This document shows, one piece after another, positions 23,235 to 34,545 of a stretch of DNA of 64,000 nucleotides. The DNA is taken from contig BCKQ01000004.1 in the NCBI GenBank assembly GCA_001600695.1, forward strand, positions 209,708 through 273,707. Direction: 5' to 3'. How positions within the stretch are numbered: the stretch's first letter is position 1; every line of letters starts with the position of its first letter. The DNA comes from Ascoidea asiatica JCM 7603 (taxonomy: Eukaryota; Fungi; Ascomycota). A program made the translations under genes and the position numbers. The notes beneath the pieces are model-generated. The model searched no databases. It saw only the letters and a program-made list of their open reading frames with translations, and was not told where the DNA came from.

Positions 23235-26200
23235 TTAATAGTTATTTTTTATCCTAGACTTTTGAGGTATACTTTCTTTTTTCAAATCATTATACTTTTC
23301 TCTCTGCAATATTGCTTTTTTATATTGATTTTTCATTCTTACAATTGCAAGAACTGCAAGTGCTACACTCTTGAATGTCTTTTTTTTCTTTTGTAAAAGT
23401 GAATAATCAGGAAATATCCCTGCCTCTGCTAATTTTGTAATATCTTCAGAAATCATATTGTTGGAAGACTTAATTGATCGAATCATAAAAGAATTTATGA
23501 ACTTCAAATCTTTTGTGACATAAATTTGTTCATGAAATTTACTTCGGTAATATTTTAGTTGATTATTCAATATAGTTAATTTACTTTTGTAAAAATCTAT
23601 CAACTGCTTATTTTGTTCTAGTCTTTTCTCTGATTCCAAAGATTTATCCTTTTTTAAAGTTGTTAATTTTTCTTTTAACTCCTCTACTGTTCCTTGTAAA
23701 TTTTTTTTAGAATAATACAAATCTTTAAGTTTTTGTACCATATCTTCCTTAAAGGACTCGTATTCTTTATTAACTATTTCAATTTTTTTCTGTAATGATT
23801 CATTTTCTTTATTTATTTCTTTTATTTTTTGAGACTTCTGTTCTGAAGTTCTATCTTTATCCTCGGAATCCTCTTTTAACCTCAGATTTAATTTCTTAAT
23901 ATCAATTTTTCTTTCTTCTAATTCTTCTTGCAATTTCTGACAAAGTTTATCTGTTGTTTTTTGTTGACTTTCTAATTCTTGATATTCAATTTCTTTAGCA
24001 GATAACTTATCACTCAATTGTTCTTTGATATTTTGCAAGTCATTTAATTGTTGCTTAAAAGAATCTTGTATATTGTTTGTTTGTGAAGATGTTTTATTCA
24101 TAATTAAGTTTACTTCATTTTTATGCTCGGATTTAAGATTATCTATTGTACTATTCAAGATTCTAACTTGACTTTCAGTTGACTGTAATTTAGAGGTTAA
24201 TTCTAATAGTTCATTCTCTTTTGAATTTAGTTTACTTTTAAATTTTTGTCTATAATCTCCTATTTTATTTTCCAACAATTCAATTTTTTCTTCTTTTTCT
24301 TCTATAGAATCTTTTAAAGCAGTTAAATTTTTTTGATTTTTTTTTTCAAGATCCTCATAGTTATCATTTTGATCTTTTATAAGAGATTCTAACTCATTAT
24401 TTTTATTTAAAAGTCTTTTAATTTCTAATTTTTCATAACTTTCATTATTATCATTTATATTTAAAGTTTTAAATGATTCAAGATTATTATTATTTATATT
24501 ACTAAGTTTTTCATATTCTAAATCATTTCTCAATTTGGTTATAGTTAATTTTAATTGACTTATTTCAGCTAATAATGAACTATTTTCATTATTAATATTA
24601 TTTGAATTAATTTGTAATTGTCTTTGTAAATTTTGTAATTGGTTTTCTAAATCAATAATTATATTATCAGATTTTAATTGTTGATTTTTCAAAGAATCAT
24701 TTTCAAGTTTATACGAATTTAAATCTTTTTCTATATCATCAATATGCGATTCATATAGTTTTATATCATCTAATAATTGATTTCTTTCTTCTTCTAACAG
24801 TTCAACTTCAGAATAAAAAGTAGAGTTATTTGCTTCTTTAAATACATTATCTTGTTCATTGATTATTTCTCTTAATTGTTGAATTGTTGATAATCTATTA
24901 GTATTTTCATTTGTAAGAGATTCTTCGATATTTCTTAATCTATCAATTTCATTTTTTAAATTTGAAATTAATTCCGAATTATTATTATAATTATTATTTG
25001 ATTTTAATTGGGAATTTAAAGTTGAGTTTAAATTTGTAATTTGATTTGTTAAAGTTTGAATTTTTGAATTCAAAAAATTTCTTTCATTATTACCTTCTTC
25101 TAATCTTGATTTAAAATTATTTAATTCATTATTTAAAATTTTTAAATCATTATTTTTTAAAGATAATTTTTCTTTTAATTTTGTAATATTCATATCATTA
25201 ATATTTTTATTTGAATTATTTAAATTTGAAGATTTTAAATTTAACTTTAAATTTAAAGATTTAATTTGATCATCTTTTGAATTTAGATCATTATTCAATG
25301 AATTAATATCATTTTTTAAATTATTTAAATCTTTTTTTAAATTTGAAATAAGTTGATTAAGTTGATTAATGTGAGAATTTGATTGAATATTTTGATTTTC
25401 AAAATCTGAATTTTTTTTTTTTAAAATTTTGATTTGATTATTATAATCAGATTGAATTTTTTTTAGAATTGAATCATTTTCATTTTTTTTTAAATTTTGT
25501 TTTTCAATTTCTTTATTTAATTGAGTAGATAACTTTTCATTTAACTTTTCACTTAATTGTTGATTCAATTTTTTTTCAAATTCATTTTTATATTTTAATT
25601 CAATTTTTTTTTCGATTTTTTTTTCAATTTTTTTTTCAATTTCTTTTTCAATTTCTTTTTCTTTTTCTTTAATATTGATATTATTATTATTAGCGGTACT
25701 AGTATTAATGGTATTAATATTATTTTGTAGAGTAATAAATTTTGAACTTAATTCATTAAATTGATTATTTTTTTCAATTAAACTTTTTTTAAAGGAATTT
25801 AAATCAACTTTTAAAGTTGAATTTTCAAGAATTAAATTTTTAACTTCTAAAGTTGTTGAATTATTTAAATAATTTGATAAATATTTAATTTTTAATTTTA
25901 AACCATAATTATCGGCTTTTAACTGATTATTTTCTTGTTGTTGAAATTTTAAAGAATTTAATTTATTATTACCATTTGAATCAATATTTGTATTTAAGTC
26001 CATATCCATATCCAAATCCATATCTATATTATCCAGATCAATTGAAGAATCAGGAGTCAGATTATAATTATAATTATTATTATTATGATTTGAATTTGAA
26101 TTTGAATTTGAAATTTTATTAGAATTACTTTTTCTTGAATTCGTAATTAATGGAGTTGAAGTGGATAAAGAATCAAAAGTATCAGTATCATCGAATTGAT

Positions 26201-26414
26201 TATCAGAATTTGATTTAGAATTCAATTTAAACTTTGATTTTCTTGATTGTTTAGTATTTTTAGTAAAATTATTATTGTCATTATCATTATCAAGTATATC
26301 AATTATATTATCATTACCAATTGGAGTAAATTCATAATCTTTTATTTTTTTATTATTTAAATTAATATTTTTTGAATTTGGAGGAGTTCCAAATAAAGTT
26401 TTTGCCATAAACAT
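23235..26414 (-). CDS. SPC110: Spindle pole body component Spc110/Pcp1 (pericentrin-like)
   Basis: N-terminal EFTPIG motif, CM1-like LKADNYGLKLKIKYL, long coiled coil, C-terminal calmodulin-binding KKTFKSVALAVLAIVRMK; next to TRP4 as in S. cerevisiae. Confidence 0.88.
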   Translation of the reverse strand: MFMAKTLFGTPPNSKNINLNNKKIKDYEFTPIGNDNIIDILDNDNDNNNFTKNTKQSRKSKFKLNSKSNSDNQFDDTDTFDSLSTSTPLITNSRKSNSNKISNSNSNSNHNNNNYNYNLTPDSSIDLDNIDMDLDMDMDLNTNIDSNGNNKLNSLKFQQQENNQLKADNYGLKLKIKYLSNYLNNSTTLEVKNLILENSTLKVDLNSFKKSLIEKNNQFNELSSKFITLQNNINTINTSTANNNNINIKEKEKEIEKEIEKKIEKKIEKKIELKYKNEFEKKLNQQLSEKLNEKLSTQLNKEIEKQNLKKNENDSILKKIQSDYNNQIKILKKKNSDFENQNIQSNSHINQLNQLISNLKKDLNNLKNDINSLNNDLNSKDDQIKSLNLKLNLKSSNLNNSNKNINDMNITKLKEKLSLKNNDLKILNNELNNFKSRLEEGNNERNFLNSKIQTLTNQITNLNSTLNSQLKSNNNYNNNSELISNLKNEIDRLRNIEESLTNENTNRLSTIQQLREIINEQDNVFKEANNSTFYSEVELLEEERNQLLDDIKLYESHIDDIEKDLNSYKLENDSLKNQQLKSDNIIIDLENQLQNLQRQLQINSNNINNENSSLLAEISQLKLTITKLRNDLEYEKLSNINNNNLESFKTLNINDNNESYEKLEIKRLLNKNNELESLIKDQNDNYEDLEKKNQKNLTALKDSIEEKEEKIELLENKIGDYRQKFKSKLNSKENELLELTSKLQSTESQVRILNSTIDNLKSEHKNEVNLIMNKTSSQTNNIQDSFKQQLNDLQNIKEQLSDKLSAKEIEYQELESQQKTTDKLCQKLQEELEERKIDIKKLNLRLKEDSEDKDRTSEQKSQKIKEINKENESLQKKIEIVNKEYESFKEDMVQKLKDLYYSKKNLQGTVEELKEKLTTLKKDKSLESEKRLEQNKQLIDFYKSKLTILNNQLKYYRSKFHEQIYVTKDLKFINSFMIRSIKSSNNMISEDITKLAEAGIFPDYSLLQKKKKTFKSVALAVLAIVRMKNQYKKAILQREKYNDLKKESIPQKSRIKNNY

Positions 26415-26774
26415 TTTAGATAAGATTAATAATATATAGAATAATTGTATAGATAATTAAATAGAATAATTGAGAAGGATAAGTTAGCTAAATAATGTAT
26501 CATCTATTAATAATTTGAAAATAATATAAATATATAATATAAGGATATAATTGGATAATTGAGATTATGAGAAGATAAGATAAGTATTTGGGATGAATTG
26601 AATGATTCAGTCGAATAAGAACAAAATAACTTCTTCAGTAGCTAGGTCCTTTATTATATTCTATCTTATTACTTTAATCTTTATTTAATTCTATATTCAA
26701 TTATTATTTTAACTCTTTATTCTTTGATATTTATTCAATTCTTTTATTTTACTTGTTTTGATATTCGATGAAAT

Positions 26775-26821
26775 GTAAACAAAAAAAAGGTTTAAATCAA
26801 AAGTAAACAGAGCCACGTGAC
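26775..26821. promoter_or_regulatory. Two forkhead sites GTAAACA (26775, 26803) and Cbf1-type CACGTGAC (26814) upstream of SPC110
   Basis: Exact motif matches; SPC110 is a forkhead (Hcm1) target in S. cerevisiae. Confidence 0.55.
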
Positions 26822-26990
26822 GGAAATTACACAAAAAAAAAGAACCGCAAAAGTGGACTCGTCTCGAGAAGATATTTTATTTTATATTTATCATAAACTT
26901 GAAATATTATGATTATGATAATGATTATATTATACGATTATGTTATATGATTATATTATATGATTATATTAAATGATTATTATATGATTA

Positions 26991-28235
26991 TTATAATTTA
27001 ATATCATTATTAAGACAATGAACTAGACTATTTAAAGAATTCAAAGCAGATCCATTTCTAATTGATTCTTTTGCAAGTTGAACACCATGTTTCCAATTAC
27101 GAGGACCATCAGTTAAACCAGATATTACAGCTAATGCAGAAGTATTCATTAATATATAATCAACAATTGGATTATTTGAATCTAAATCAATTTCATTATT
27201 TAAAATTTTTTTTAAAAAATTGGCATTTTCAATTGGAGTACCAGATTTAACAGAATCTATTGAATGAATTGGTAAACCAAAATCACTTGGTTGTAAATAA
27301 AATTCATTTATATTATCATTAAAATTTTTTGTTAACCAAATTTTTGTTTTACCAATTGGAGAAATTTCATCTAAACCAATTTCACCCCAAACAATCATTG
27401 TTTTTGAATTTAAATTATTATTAAATTTATCAATTTGTTTACAAGCATTTGAAAAAACTTTACCTAAAGATTCCGAATGAACTCCAATAATTCTTGAATT
27501 TATTAATGATGGATTTAATAAAGGTCCTAAAATATTAAAAATTGTTGGAATTTTTAAATTTGATCTAATTTTTGAAATTTTTTTTAAAGCAGGATGAAAA
27601 TTTGGTGCAAATAAAAATAAAAAATTAATATTATTATTATCATTAATTATTAAATTATTATTTAATATTGAATTATAAGATAATTTTGAAATATCAATAC
27701 CTAAATGAGTTATTAAATCACCAGATCCAACTGAAGAACTTGAAGCTTTACCACCATGTTTTAAAACTTTAATTTTTTTATTATCTTTATCTTTAGAAGA
27801 AATTCCACTTAAAATTATTGCACTTGAAGTTGAAACATTGAAAGTATTTTTACCATCACCACCAGTACCAACAATATCAATAAATTTATAATTCTCTAAA
27901 ATTTTTTTTGAAAAATTAAAAATATTTGAATATTCTAGAATTGTTTTAACAGCTGCAGAAATAAATTCAGGTTTTTGATCAAGACCTCTAATTCTTAAAG
28001 CTGTTAAAAATGAAGCAATTTGAATATCATTTGTATAATCATTAATAATAATTCTTAAAACAACAGATAAATCTGCTGGTGTTAAATTTGGAGGATCAAG
28101 TAATAAACTTTTAATATATGGAGTTAGTAAGAAATTTTTGTCATTTGAATTGGAATTGGAATTGGAATCAACTAATGTTGTTTCACTTGTTGTTTCACTC
28201 ATTGTGGTATCTTCATTCCTTGTTTCTTCACCCAT
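26991..28235 (-). CDS. TRP4: Anthranilate phosphoribosyltransferase
   Basis: DIVGTGGDGKNTFNVSTS, KHGGKA, PTIFNILGPLLNP, GLDEISP. Confidence 0.96.
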   Translation of the reverse strand: MGEETRNEDTTMSETTSETTLVDSNSNSNSNDKNFLLTPYIKSLLLDPPNLTPADLSVVLRIIINDYTNDIQIASFLTALRIRGLDQKPEFISAAVKTILEYSNIFNFSKKILENYKFIDIVGTGGDGKNTFNVSTSSAIILSGISSKDKDNKKIKVLKHGGKASSSSVGSGDLITHLGIDISKLSYNSILNNNLIINDNNNINFLFLFAPNFHPALKKISKIRSNLKIPTIFNILGPLLNPSLINSRIIGVHSESLGKVFSNACKQIDKFNNNLNSKTMIVWGEIGLDEISPIGKTKIWLTKNFNDNINEFYLQPSDFGLPIHSIDSVKSGTPIENANFLKKILNNEIDLDSNNPIVDYILMNTSALAVISGLTDGPRNWKHGVQLAKESIRNGSALNSLNSLVHCLNNDIKL

Positions 28236-29052
28236 CTTTAAATATATTTAATATTGAAATCAAAATCCAATTTAATCCACAACTATAAAACTTCTAAAAT
28301 GTATCTATGTTTGAAATATCTATGAAATATTTCAGTCATAACTGTATCAATGGTTATCGTTAACATTACTATCATTAACATTACTTACAGTGGTGACATT
28401 AATAATTAGCACTTACCGGTTCAGGTATTCCGGTCGTTATTTTTACTTCCGACCTGTGGATTTATTTTTAAAGCAGTGCTCTGCATACAAACACATGTTA
28501 AACGCATAACCTAAAATACCTCCTCATGTTTTGCGCTGCATCACTTGCCACATATTACTAGCCCTACTAACTTGCCACATTCCTTTTGGTATCCTTTTGA
28601 CTAAGCCACACACACCCCCACTACCAATACTCTTGTCCTAACACCTGTCCTAGCTCAAGTGCTCCTTTAAAATATATTGACAGTCTGTTACAGTGTTTAT
28701 TTACTACGTACGTAGCATACTTCTGAAAATTCACTTATTAACTAATCTCTGACCATTATTTCGTCTTTTATTTCACCAATCTTTCAATACTCTTTCTTTT
28801 TTAATATACTTCTTAACCCTTATTTTAATACTCCTCATTTTGTTTTAGATTTATTTCAAATTTATTCCAAATTTAATTCAAATTTAATTCAAATTAAATT
28901 TATATTCAGTTTAGATTCAATTCAATTTCAATTCAATACTTATTCAGTCATCTGAATCTTTTAATTTATCTCAATTGATCATACTTCAAATCTGTCAATT
29001 TTTCCATCCATCAACCAATCAATCAATTATCTTATTCAATTAATCAATTAAA

Positions 29053-30210
29053 ATGTCAACTGAATTAACTTATAATGAACCTGTTGGTATTGTTAATTTA
29101 CCAACTCAAAGGTATAAAATTGTTTCAAAAAAAGGTGCAACTTTTACTTTAATGGTTGCTGGTGAATCTGGTTTAGGTAAAACAACTTTTATTAATACTT
29201 TATTTCAATCTTCTTTAAAAAATCATATTGATAATAATAATCGTCATAAAAAAGGTATTCATGCAACTGTTGAAATTGATATTGTTAGAGCTGAATTAGA
29301 AGAAAGAAATTTTAAAATTAGATTAAATGTTATTGATACTCCTGGTTTTGGTGATAATATCAATAATAAAAATTCTTATCAATCTTTAATAGATTTTATT
29401 GATGATCAACATGATAGTTATATGAAACAAGAACAACAACCTTCAAGAAAAAATATTCATGATTTAAGAGTTCATGCTTGTCTTTATTTTATTAGACCAA
29501 CTGGTCATTCTTTAAAACCTTTAGATATTGAGTGTATGAAAAAATTATGTACAAGAGTTAATTTAATTCCAGTAATTTCAAAAGCTGATACTTTATCTCC
29601 AAAAGAAATGATTCAATTTAAACAAAGAATAAGATCTGTAATTGAAGCTCAAGATATTAGAATTTATTCTCCTCCAATTGATTTAGATGATCAAATTGCT
29701 TCTGATCATTCAAAAGAATTAATTGAATCAATGCCTTTTGCAATTATTGGTTCTGAATCTTTAGTTAAAAATTCAAAAGGTGATTTAATTATTGGTAGAC
29801 AATTTCCTTGGGGTATTGCAGAAGTTGAAAATCCTGATCATTGTGATTTTTTAAAATTAAGATCTTTATTATTAAGAACAAATATGTTAGATTTAATTTT
29901 ATCAACTGAAGAATTACATTATGAATCTTATAGAGCTTTCAAATTAGATGAAAAACAATCAACTTCTTCAAATAATAATAATTCTTCTCTTAATAGAAGA
30001 TTACAAAATAATCCTCAATTCAAAAAAGATGAAGAACAATTGAAAAATTATTTCACTGAAAAAGTTAAAAGTGAAGAAGGTAGATTTAGACAATGGGAAC
30101 AAAATATTGTTAATGAAAGAAATAGATTAAATAGTGATTTAGAAATAGTTCAACAACAAATCAAAGAATTACAAGATCAAATTAAAGAATTATCTGTTAA
30201 AAAGAAATAG
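29053..30210 (+). CDS. CDC12: Septin Cdc12
   Basis: PVGIVNLPTQRYKIV N-terminus typical of Cdc12; GESGLGKT, DTPGFGD, KAD, C-terminal coiled coil with FRQWEQ. Confidence 0.92.
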   Translation: MSTELTYNEPVGIVNLPTQRYKIVSKKGATFTLMVAGESGLGKTTFINTLFQSSLKNHIDNNNRHKKGIHATVEIDIVRAELEERNFKIRLNVIDTPGFGDNINNKNSYQSLIDFIDDQHDSYMKQEQQPSRKNIHDLRVHACLYFIRPTGHSLKPLDIECMKKLCTRVNLIPVISKADTLSPKEMIQFKQRIRSVIEAQDIRIYSPPIDLDDQIASDHSKELIESMPFAIIGSESLVKNSKGDLIIGRQFPWGIAEVENPDHCDFLKLRSLLLRTNMLDLILSTEELHYESYRAFKLDEKQSTSSNNNNSSLNRRLQNNPQFKKDEEQLKNYFTEKVKSEEGRFRQWEQNIVNERNRLNSDLEIVQQQIKELQDQIKELSVKKK

Positions 30211-30967
30211 TCCTTTTTTATCTTGTTTTATTTTTTTTTTTTCTTTATTTAATTCTTTCTTTATTTATTCAATTATTTAATTCTGGCTTTATTTAATTTT
30301 CCTCAATGCTCAACTTCATGCCTTTGATATTCCAAAATATATCTTTCCATTTTAATTTCATTGTTTATCCAGTTCATAAATCTTTTTTTTTTCTCTTTAG
30401 TTTTTATTCCTTTTAATAACACAAATTGTTTTTATTGTTTCTAGTGTTTCTAGTATTTTTTACTATTTTATGACTCAATCAATTTTTAAATTTAAATCCA
30501 TTATAGCTTATAGCTTATAAAATTGAATTGCTTTTTTATGGTTAGTACTTTTTGTTTATTTAATTAAAAGACTCCTACTCTTTGTTAATTTTAAAAATTA
30601 TTTTTTTTTGTTAATTTGTGTTTGTTTTTTTGAAAGTCTAGTTTTTTGTTCTTTTTTTATATCTTTTTAAATCATATTAAAACTTAATACTCTTTTTACT
30701 GATATTTTTTATTATTCATTTTATATAGTTATTTAATAACTTTGCAGTAATTCAGAATCCAATAATAACTTAGATAATAGTTTCTAAAATAATAACCAAG
30801 AATGAAAATTTGTTATAAAAATTTATTAAGTTTGAAAAAATTTAGATTAATTTAAATTGAATTGAATTAAATTAAAATTCTAGCTATATACTGTATATCT
30901 ATATTGAATTTGAGAAAAAAAAAAAATTTCTTTTGTGAAAATATTATAATTTACACTTAATTAATAT

Positions 30968-33031
30968 TTATTTTTTAAAATTAAAAAATTGATTATCAAC
31001 AGCAGTAATAATTTCATCAACAGTATCTGGATTACTTAAAGTTGAAGTATCACCAATTTGATCAACTTCTTTACTAACAATTTTTCTTAAAATTCTTCTC
31101 ATTATTTTCCCAGATCTTGTTTTTGGTAAATCAGGTACAACAATAACAGTTTTTGGAGCAGCAAATGGACCAATTTCACCTCTAATTTTAACTCTTAAAT
31201 CAGTTCTTAAATTTGTTAAAGTTATATGATCATCAGTTAAATTTGAATTTGAATCTGAATTTTTTTCAATTAAATAACCATCTTTTAAACCAACAAAAGC
31301 AATAATAGCTTGACCAGTTAAATCATCATGAATACCAACAACAGCAGCTTCATTAACACCAATATGATCTAAAAGAGCAGATTCAATTTCTGCAGTTGAT
31401 AATCTATGACCAGAAACATTAACAACATCATCAACTCTACCTCTGATCCAATAATAACCATCATTATCTCTACCAGCACCATCACCAGTAAAATAATAAC
31501 CAGGATATGGTTTTAAATAAGTTTCAATAAATCTATCATGATTTTTATAAACAGTTCTTGCCATTGAAGGCCAAGAATCTTTAATTGCAAGTACACCAGC
31601 AACATCATTACCTTCAAGTTCTTTACCAGATACAGGATCAATAATTGCAGCATTAATACCAAAAAATGGTAAAGTTGCAGAACCTGGTTTTGTTGGAGTT
31701 ACACCAGCTAATGGAGCAATCATATGACTACCAGATTCAGTTTGCCAATAAGTATCAGAAATATGACAATTATTATTACCAATATTAATATTATACCAAT
31801 CCCATAAATCTGGAGAAATTGGTTCACCAACAGAACCTAAAGTTCTTAAACTACTAATATCATATTTTTTAATTTCATTTTCACCTAATTGTTTAATTAA
31901 TCTTAAAGCAGTTGGAGCAACATAAAAATGAGTTACTTTATTACGATTAATTATTCTCCAATATCTACCAATATCTGGATAAGTTGGAGTACTTTCAAAA
32001 ATGATTGAAGTAGAACCTAACATTAAAGGACCATAACAAGCATAAGTATGACCAGTAATCCAACCAACATCACCGGCAGTGAAAAGAACATCATTTTCAT
32101 GAATATCAAAAATATAACGAGTTGTTAAAGCAGCACCTAATAAATAACCTGCAGTTGAATGAACTATACCTTTTGGAGAACCTGTTGAACCAGAAGTATA
32201 TAATAAAAATAAAGTATCTTCAGAATCTACAGAAACTGGAGGAAAATAATTTCTAAATTTTTTAACTTCATCATGCCACCAATAATCTCTATTTTTTTTC
32301 ATTAAAATATTATTATTACCAGTTCTTTGAAATACTAAAACTTTTTCAATAAAATTTAAATCATTTATAGCTAAATCTACAATTTTTTTTGAATTAATAG
32401 TTTTTGAAGCTCTTTTACCTTCATCAGAAGTAATAATAATTTTAGCATTTGAATCAATAATTCTTTCTTTTAAAGAAGTTGCTGAAAAACCAGCAAAAAC
32501 AATTGAATGAATTGCACCTAATCTAACAATAGCTAACATTGCAATAATTGCAGCAGGAATCATTGGTAAATAAATTACAACAATATCACCTTTTTTAACA
32601 CCCCAAGATTGTAAAAGATAAGATAATTGAGATACTTGAGATAATAATTGAGAATAAGTTATTTTAATTGGATTATTTAATTCATCATCAGCTTCATAAA
32701 TTAAAGCAATTTTATTTGGATTTTTAAAAGCATGACGATCAATACAATTATAGGAAGCATTTAATTTACCATTTAAAAACCAAGAATAATCAGCATTTTT
32801 TAAATTACCATTTTTAACTTTATTAAAAGGTTTATCCCAAGATATTAAATCATTTGCAAAATTTTTAAAAAATAATTCAGGATTATCTATAGATTTTTTA
32901 TATAAATTTTTATATTGTTCAAGATTTAAACAATATGATTTTTCAGGTTGTTTTTTAAAAAAATCTGAAGGAGTTTCATGAGTTTTAACATTATTAGCTT
33001 CATGAACTATTTGATGTGTTGTCATTGTCAT
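30968..33031 (-). CDS. ACS2: Acetyl-CoA synthetase 2
   Basis: YTSGSTGSPKG, DTYWQTE, LPKTRSGKIMRR; short HQIVHEANNVK N-terminus of Acs2 type. Confidence 0.92.
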   Translation of the reverse strand: MTMTTHQIVHEANNVKTHETPSDFFKKQPEKSYCLNLEQYKNLYKKSIDNPELFFKNFANDLISWDKPFNKVKNGNLKNADYSWFLNGKLNASYNCIDRHAFKNPNKIALIYEADDELNNPIKITYSQLLSQVSQLSYLLQSWGVKKGDIVVIYLPMIPAAIIAMLAIVRLGAIHSIVFAGFSATSLKERIIDSNAKIIITSDEGKRASKTINSKKIVDLAINDLNFIEKVLVFQRTGNNNILMKKNRDYWWHDEVKKFRNYFPPVSVDSEDTLFLLYTSGSTGSPKGIVHSTAGYLLGAALTTRYIFDIHENDVLFTAGDVGWITGHTYACYGPLMLGSTSIIFESTPTYPDIGRYWRIINRNKVTHFYVAPTALRLIKQLGENEIKKYDISSLRTLGSVGEPISPDLWDWYNINIGNNNCHISDTYWQTESGSHMIAPLAGVTPTKPGSATLPFFGINAAIIDPVSGKELEGNDVAGVLAIKDSWPSMARTVYKNHDRFIETYLKPYPGYYFTGDGAGRDNDGYYWIRGRVDDVVNVSGHRLSTAEIESALLDHIGVNEAAVVGIHDDLTGQAIIAFVGLKDGYLIEKNSDSNSNLTDDHITLTNLRTDLRVKIRGEIGPFAAPKTVIVVPDLPKTRSGKIMRRILRKIVSKEVDQIGDTSTLSNPDTVDEIITAVDNQFFNFKK

Positions 33032-33329
33032 CTAAGTTAAGATAGAATAGTTAGTTAGTATTTAATTGTTTAAAATTTGATATTACTTATATTTGATAAT
33101 ATTATATTATGTATTATTATATTATAATAAGATGAAATCTAAACTTTTCACTGCGGTAATATTAAATAAGATGAATGATAAGTGAGTAAGTATTTGATTA
33201 GTTTGAAAGAATATTCATTTACATATTTCTTGGATATTTCTTGAACATTTTCTTGGATATATATTATTATATTATTACTCATTATTCATTGATTATCAGT
33301 TATGGAAATTGCAATGGAAGAGAACATAC
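33032..33329 (-). other. 5'UTR spliceosomal intron (298 nt) ending directly before the ACS2 ATG
   Basis: AAAG|GTATGT at 33329, TACTAAC at 33060-33054, TTAG|ATG; no ATG seen in the upstream exon. Confidence 0.8.
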
Positions 33330-33599
33330 CTTTTGATAGAATTAGATATACAGGACTATTGAATGAATATTGAAGATAGATGGTAGATAGAAAGAATAAG
33401 AAATAGAATAGAAAGATATGACAATTAATTACAAGATGATGAAGATGGAATTGAATTGAATTGGATTGAAGATTAAAAAAACAAAAATTAAAATAAATAA
33501 AATAGCAAAATAACAAAATAAAGCAAAATAAAGCAAATTCCTAATCCAGATCGAGAGACTGAAAATGTTAGCGAAATTCGACAAGATTTATAACAGCAG

Positions 33600-33900
33600 A
33601 AGCACGCTGCCCGGGCACACGAGCTGCCACGTGACCGGTTCTATTTTAAACGAGCGTACGGCGTCTGTTGGAGCTCACGCAGCCGGCTCTTGATTTGCCA
33701 GTTTCCAGCGCTCTTTCCAGCGCTCTGTCCTGTCTGTCTGTCCTGTCTGTCTGCCCTATCTGTCCCCGTCCGCTCTTCCTGCTCGCACCGGCCCGCTGCC
33801 TCCTCCGTGGACGGCCGGCGTTACTCCTTGCGTCCGGGTTACTACCGTCGCTCGGATCGCGTTTTTCTTCTTTTTCCTCGTTTTCATTTCCTCCTCGGAC
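33600..33900. promoter_or_regulatory. GC-rich ACS2 upstream region with Cbf1 site CACGTGAC (33628-33635) and dense CGG/CCG triplets
   Basis: Sharp GC contrast with flanks; motif match. Confidence 0.55.
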
Positions 33901-33948
33901 AAAATGAAAATGCTCCAAATTTAAACTTTAGATCTCTGTTCGATTTCC

Positions 33949-34509
33949 TCACCTGGACTTTTCGGTATTTAAAAACCCATTGATTATTTTTAAAGTTCCC
34001 TTTGAAATTTCAATTCCATCTAAAATTATTTCATCCAATTCTAAAATTCTTTCTCTTTCATCTTCAATTTCTATTCTTTTAATCTCTTCAATATCTTTAT
34101 CTTTCTTATCTTTCTTATCTTTCTTATCTTTCTTATCTTCTCTTTTATTCTCCTTTTTAATCTTTTTTCCAAATCTAATTCCATATCTATTTCCACTAAT
34201 CTTCTTCTTCTTCTCCTTTTCTTTTTCTTTTTCTTTTTCCTTATCTTTTTTATCAATTGAATAATCAAAAAATTTTAATAATCCAATTCCACTAATATTA
34301 TTATTTGATAAATTTAAAACTCTTAATTTCTTTAAAATTAATTTATTTTTATTTAATTTTCTCATTAATTTTAATTTATTTTTAAAAATTTCCAAAGTTA
34401 TATCATTAATTAAATTATTATTATCATTTAAATATAATTCTTTTAAATTTAAAACATTTAAAATAAATTCTTCAAATTTAAAATTATCTTCTCCTTCTAT
34501 TATTCTTAA

Positions 34510-34545
<36 letters not shown>

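Noticed and set aside
28236-28416. Two minus-strand GTAAGT upstream of TRP4
   Set aside because: No convincing branch point and acceptor pair; not supportable as an intron.
33646-33983. Three ORFs of 79-97 aa in the ACS2 GC island (likewise 5047-6048, 38298-38979, 62735-63827)
   Set aside because: GC-rich or repetitive DNA lacks stops by chance; no recognisable domains.
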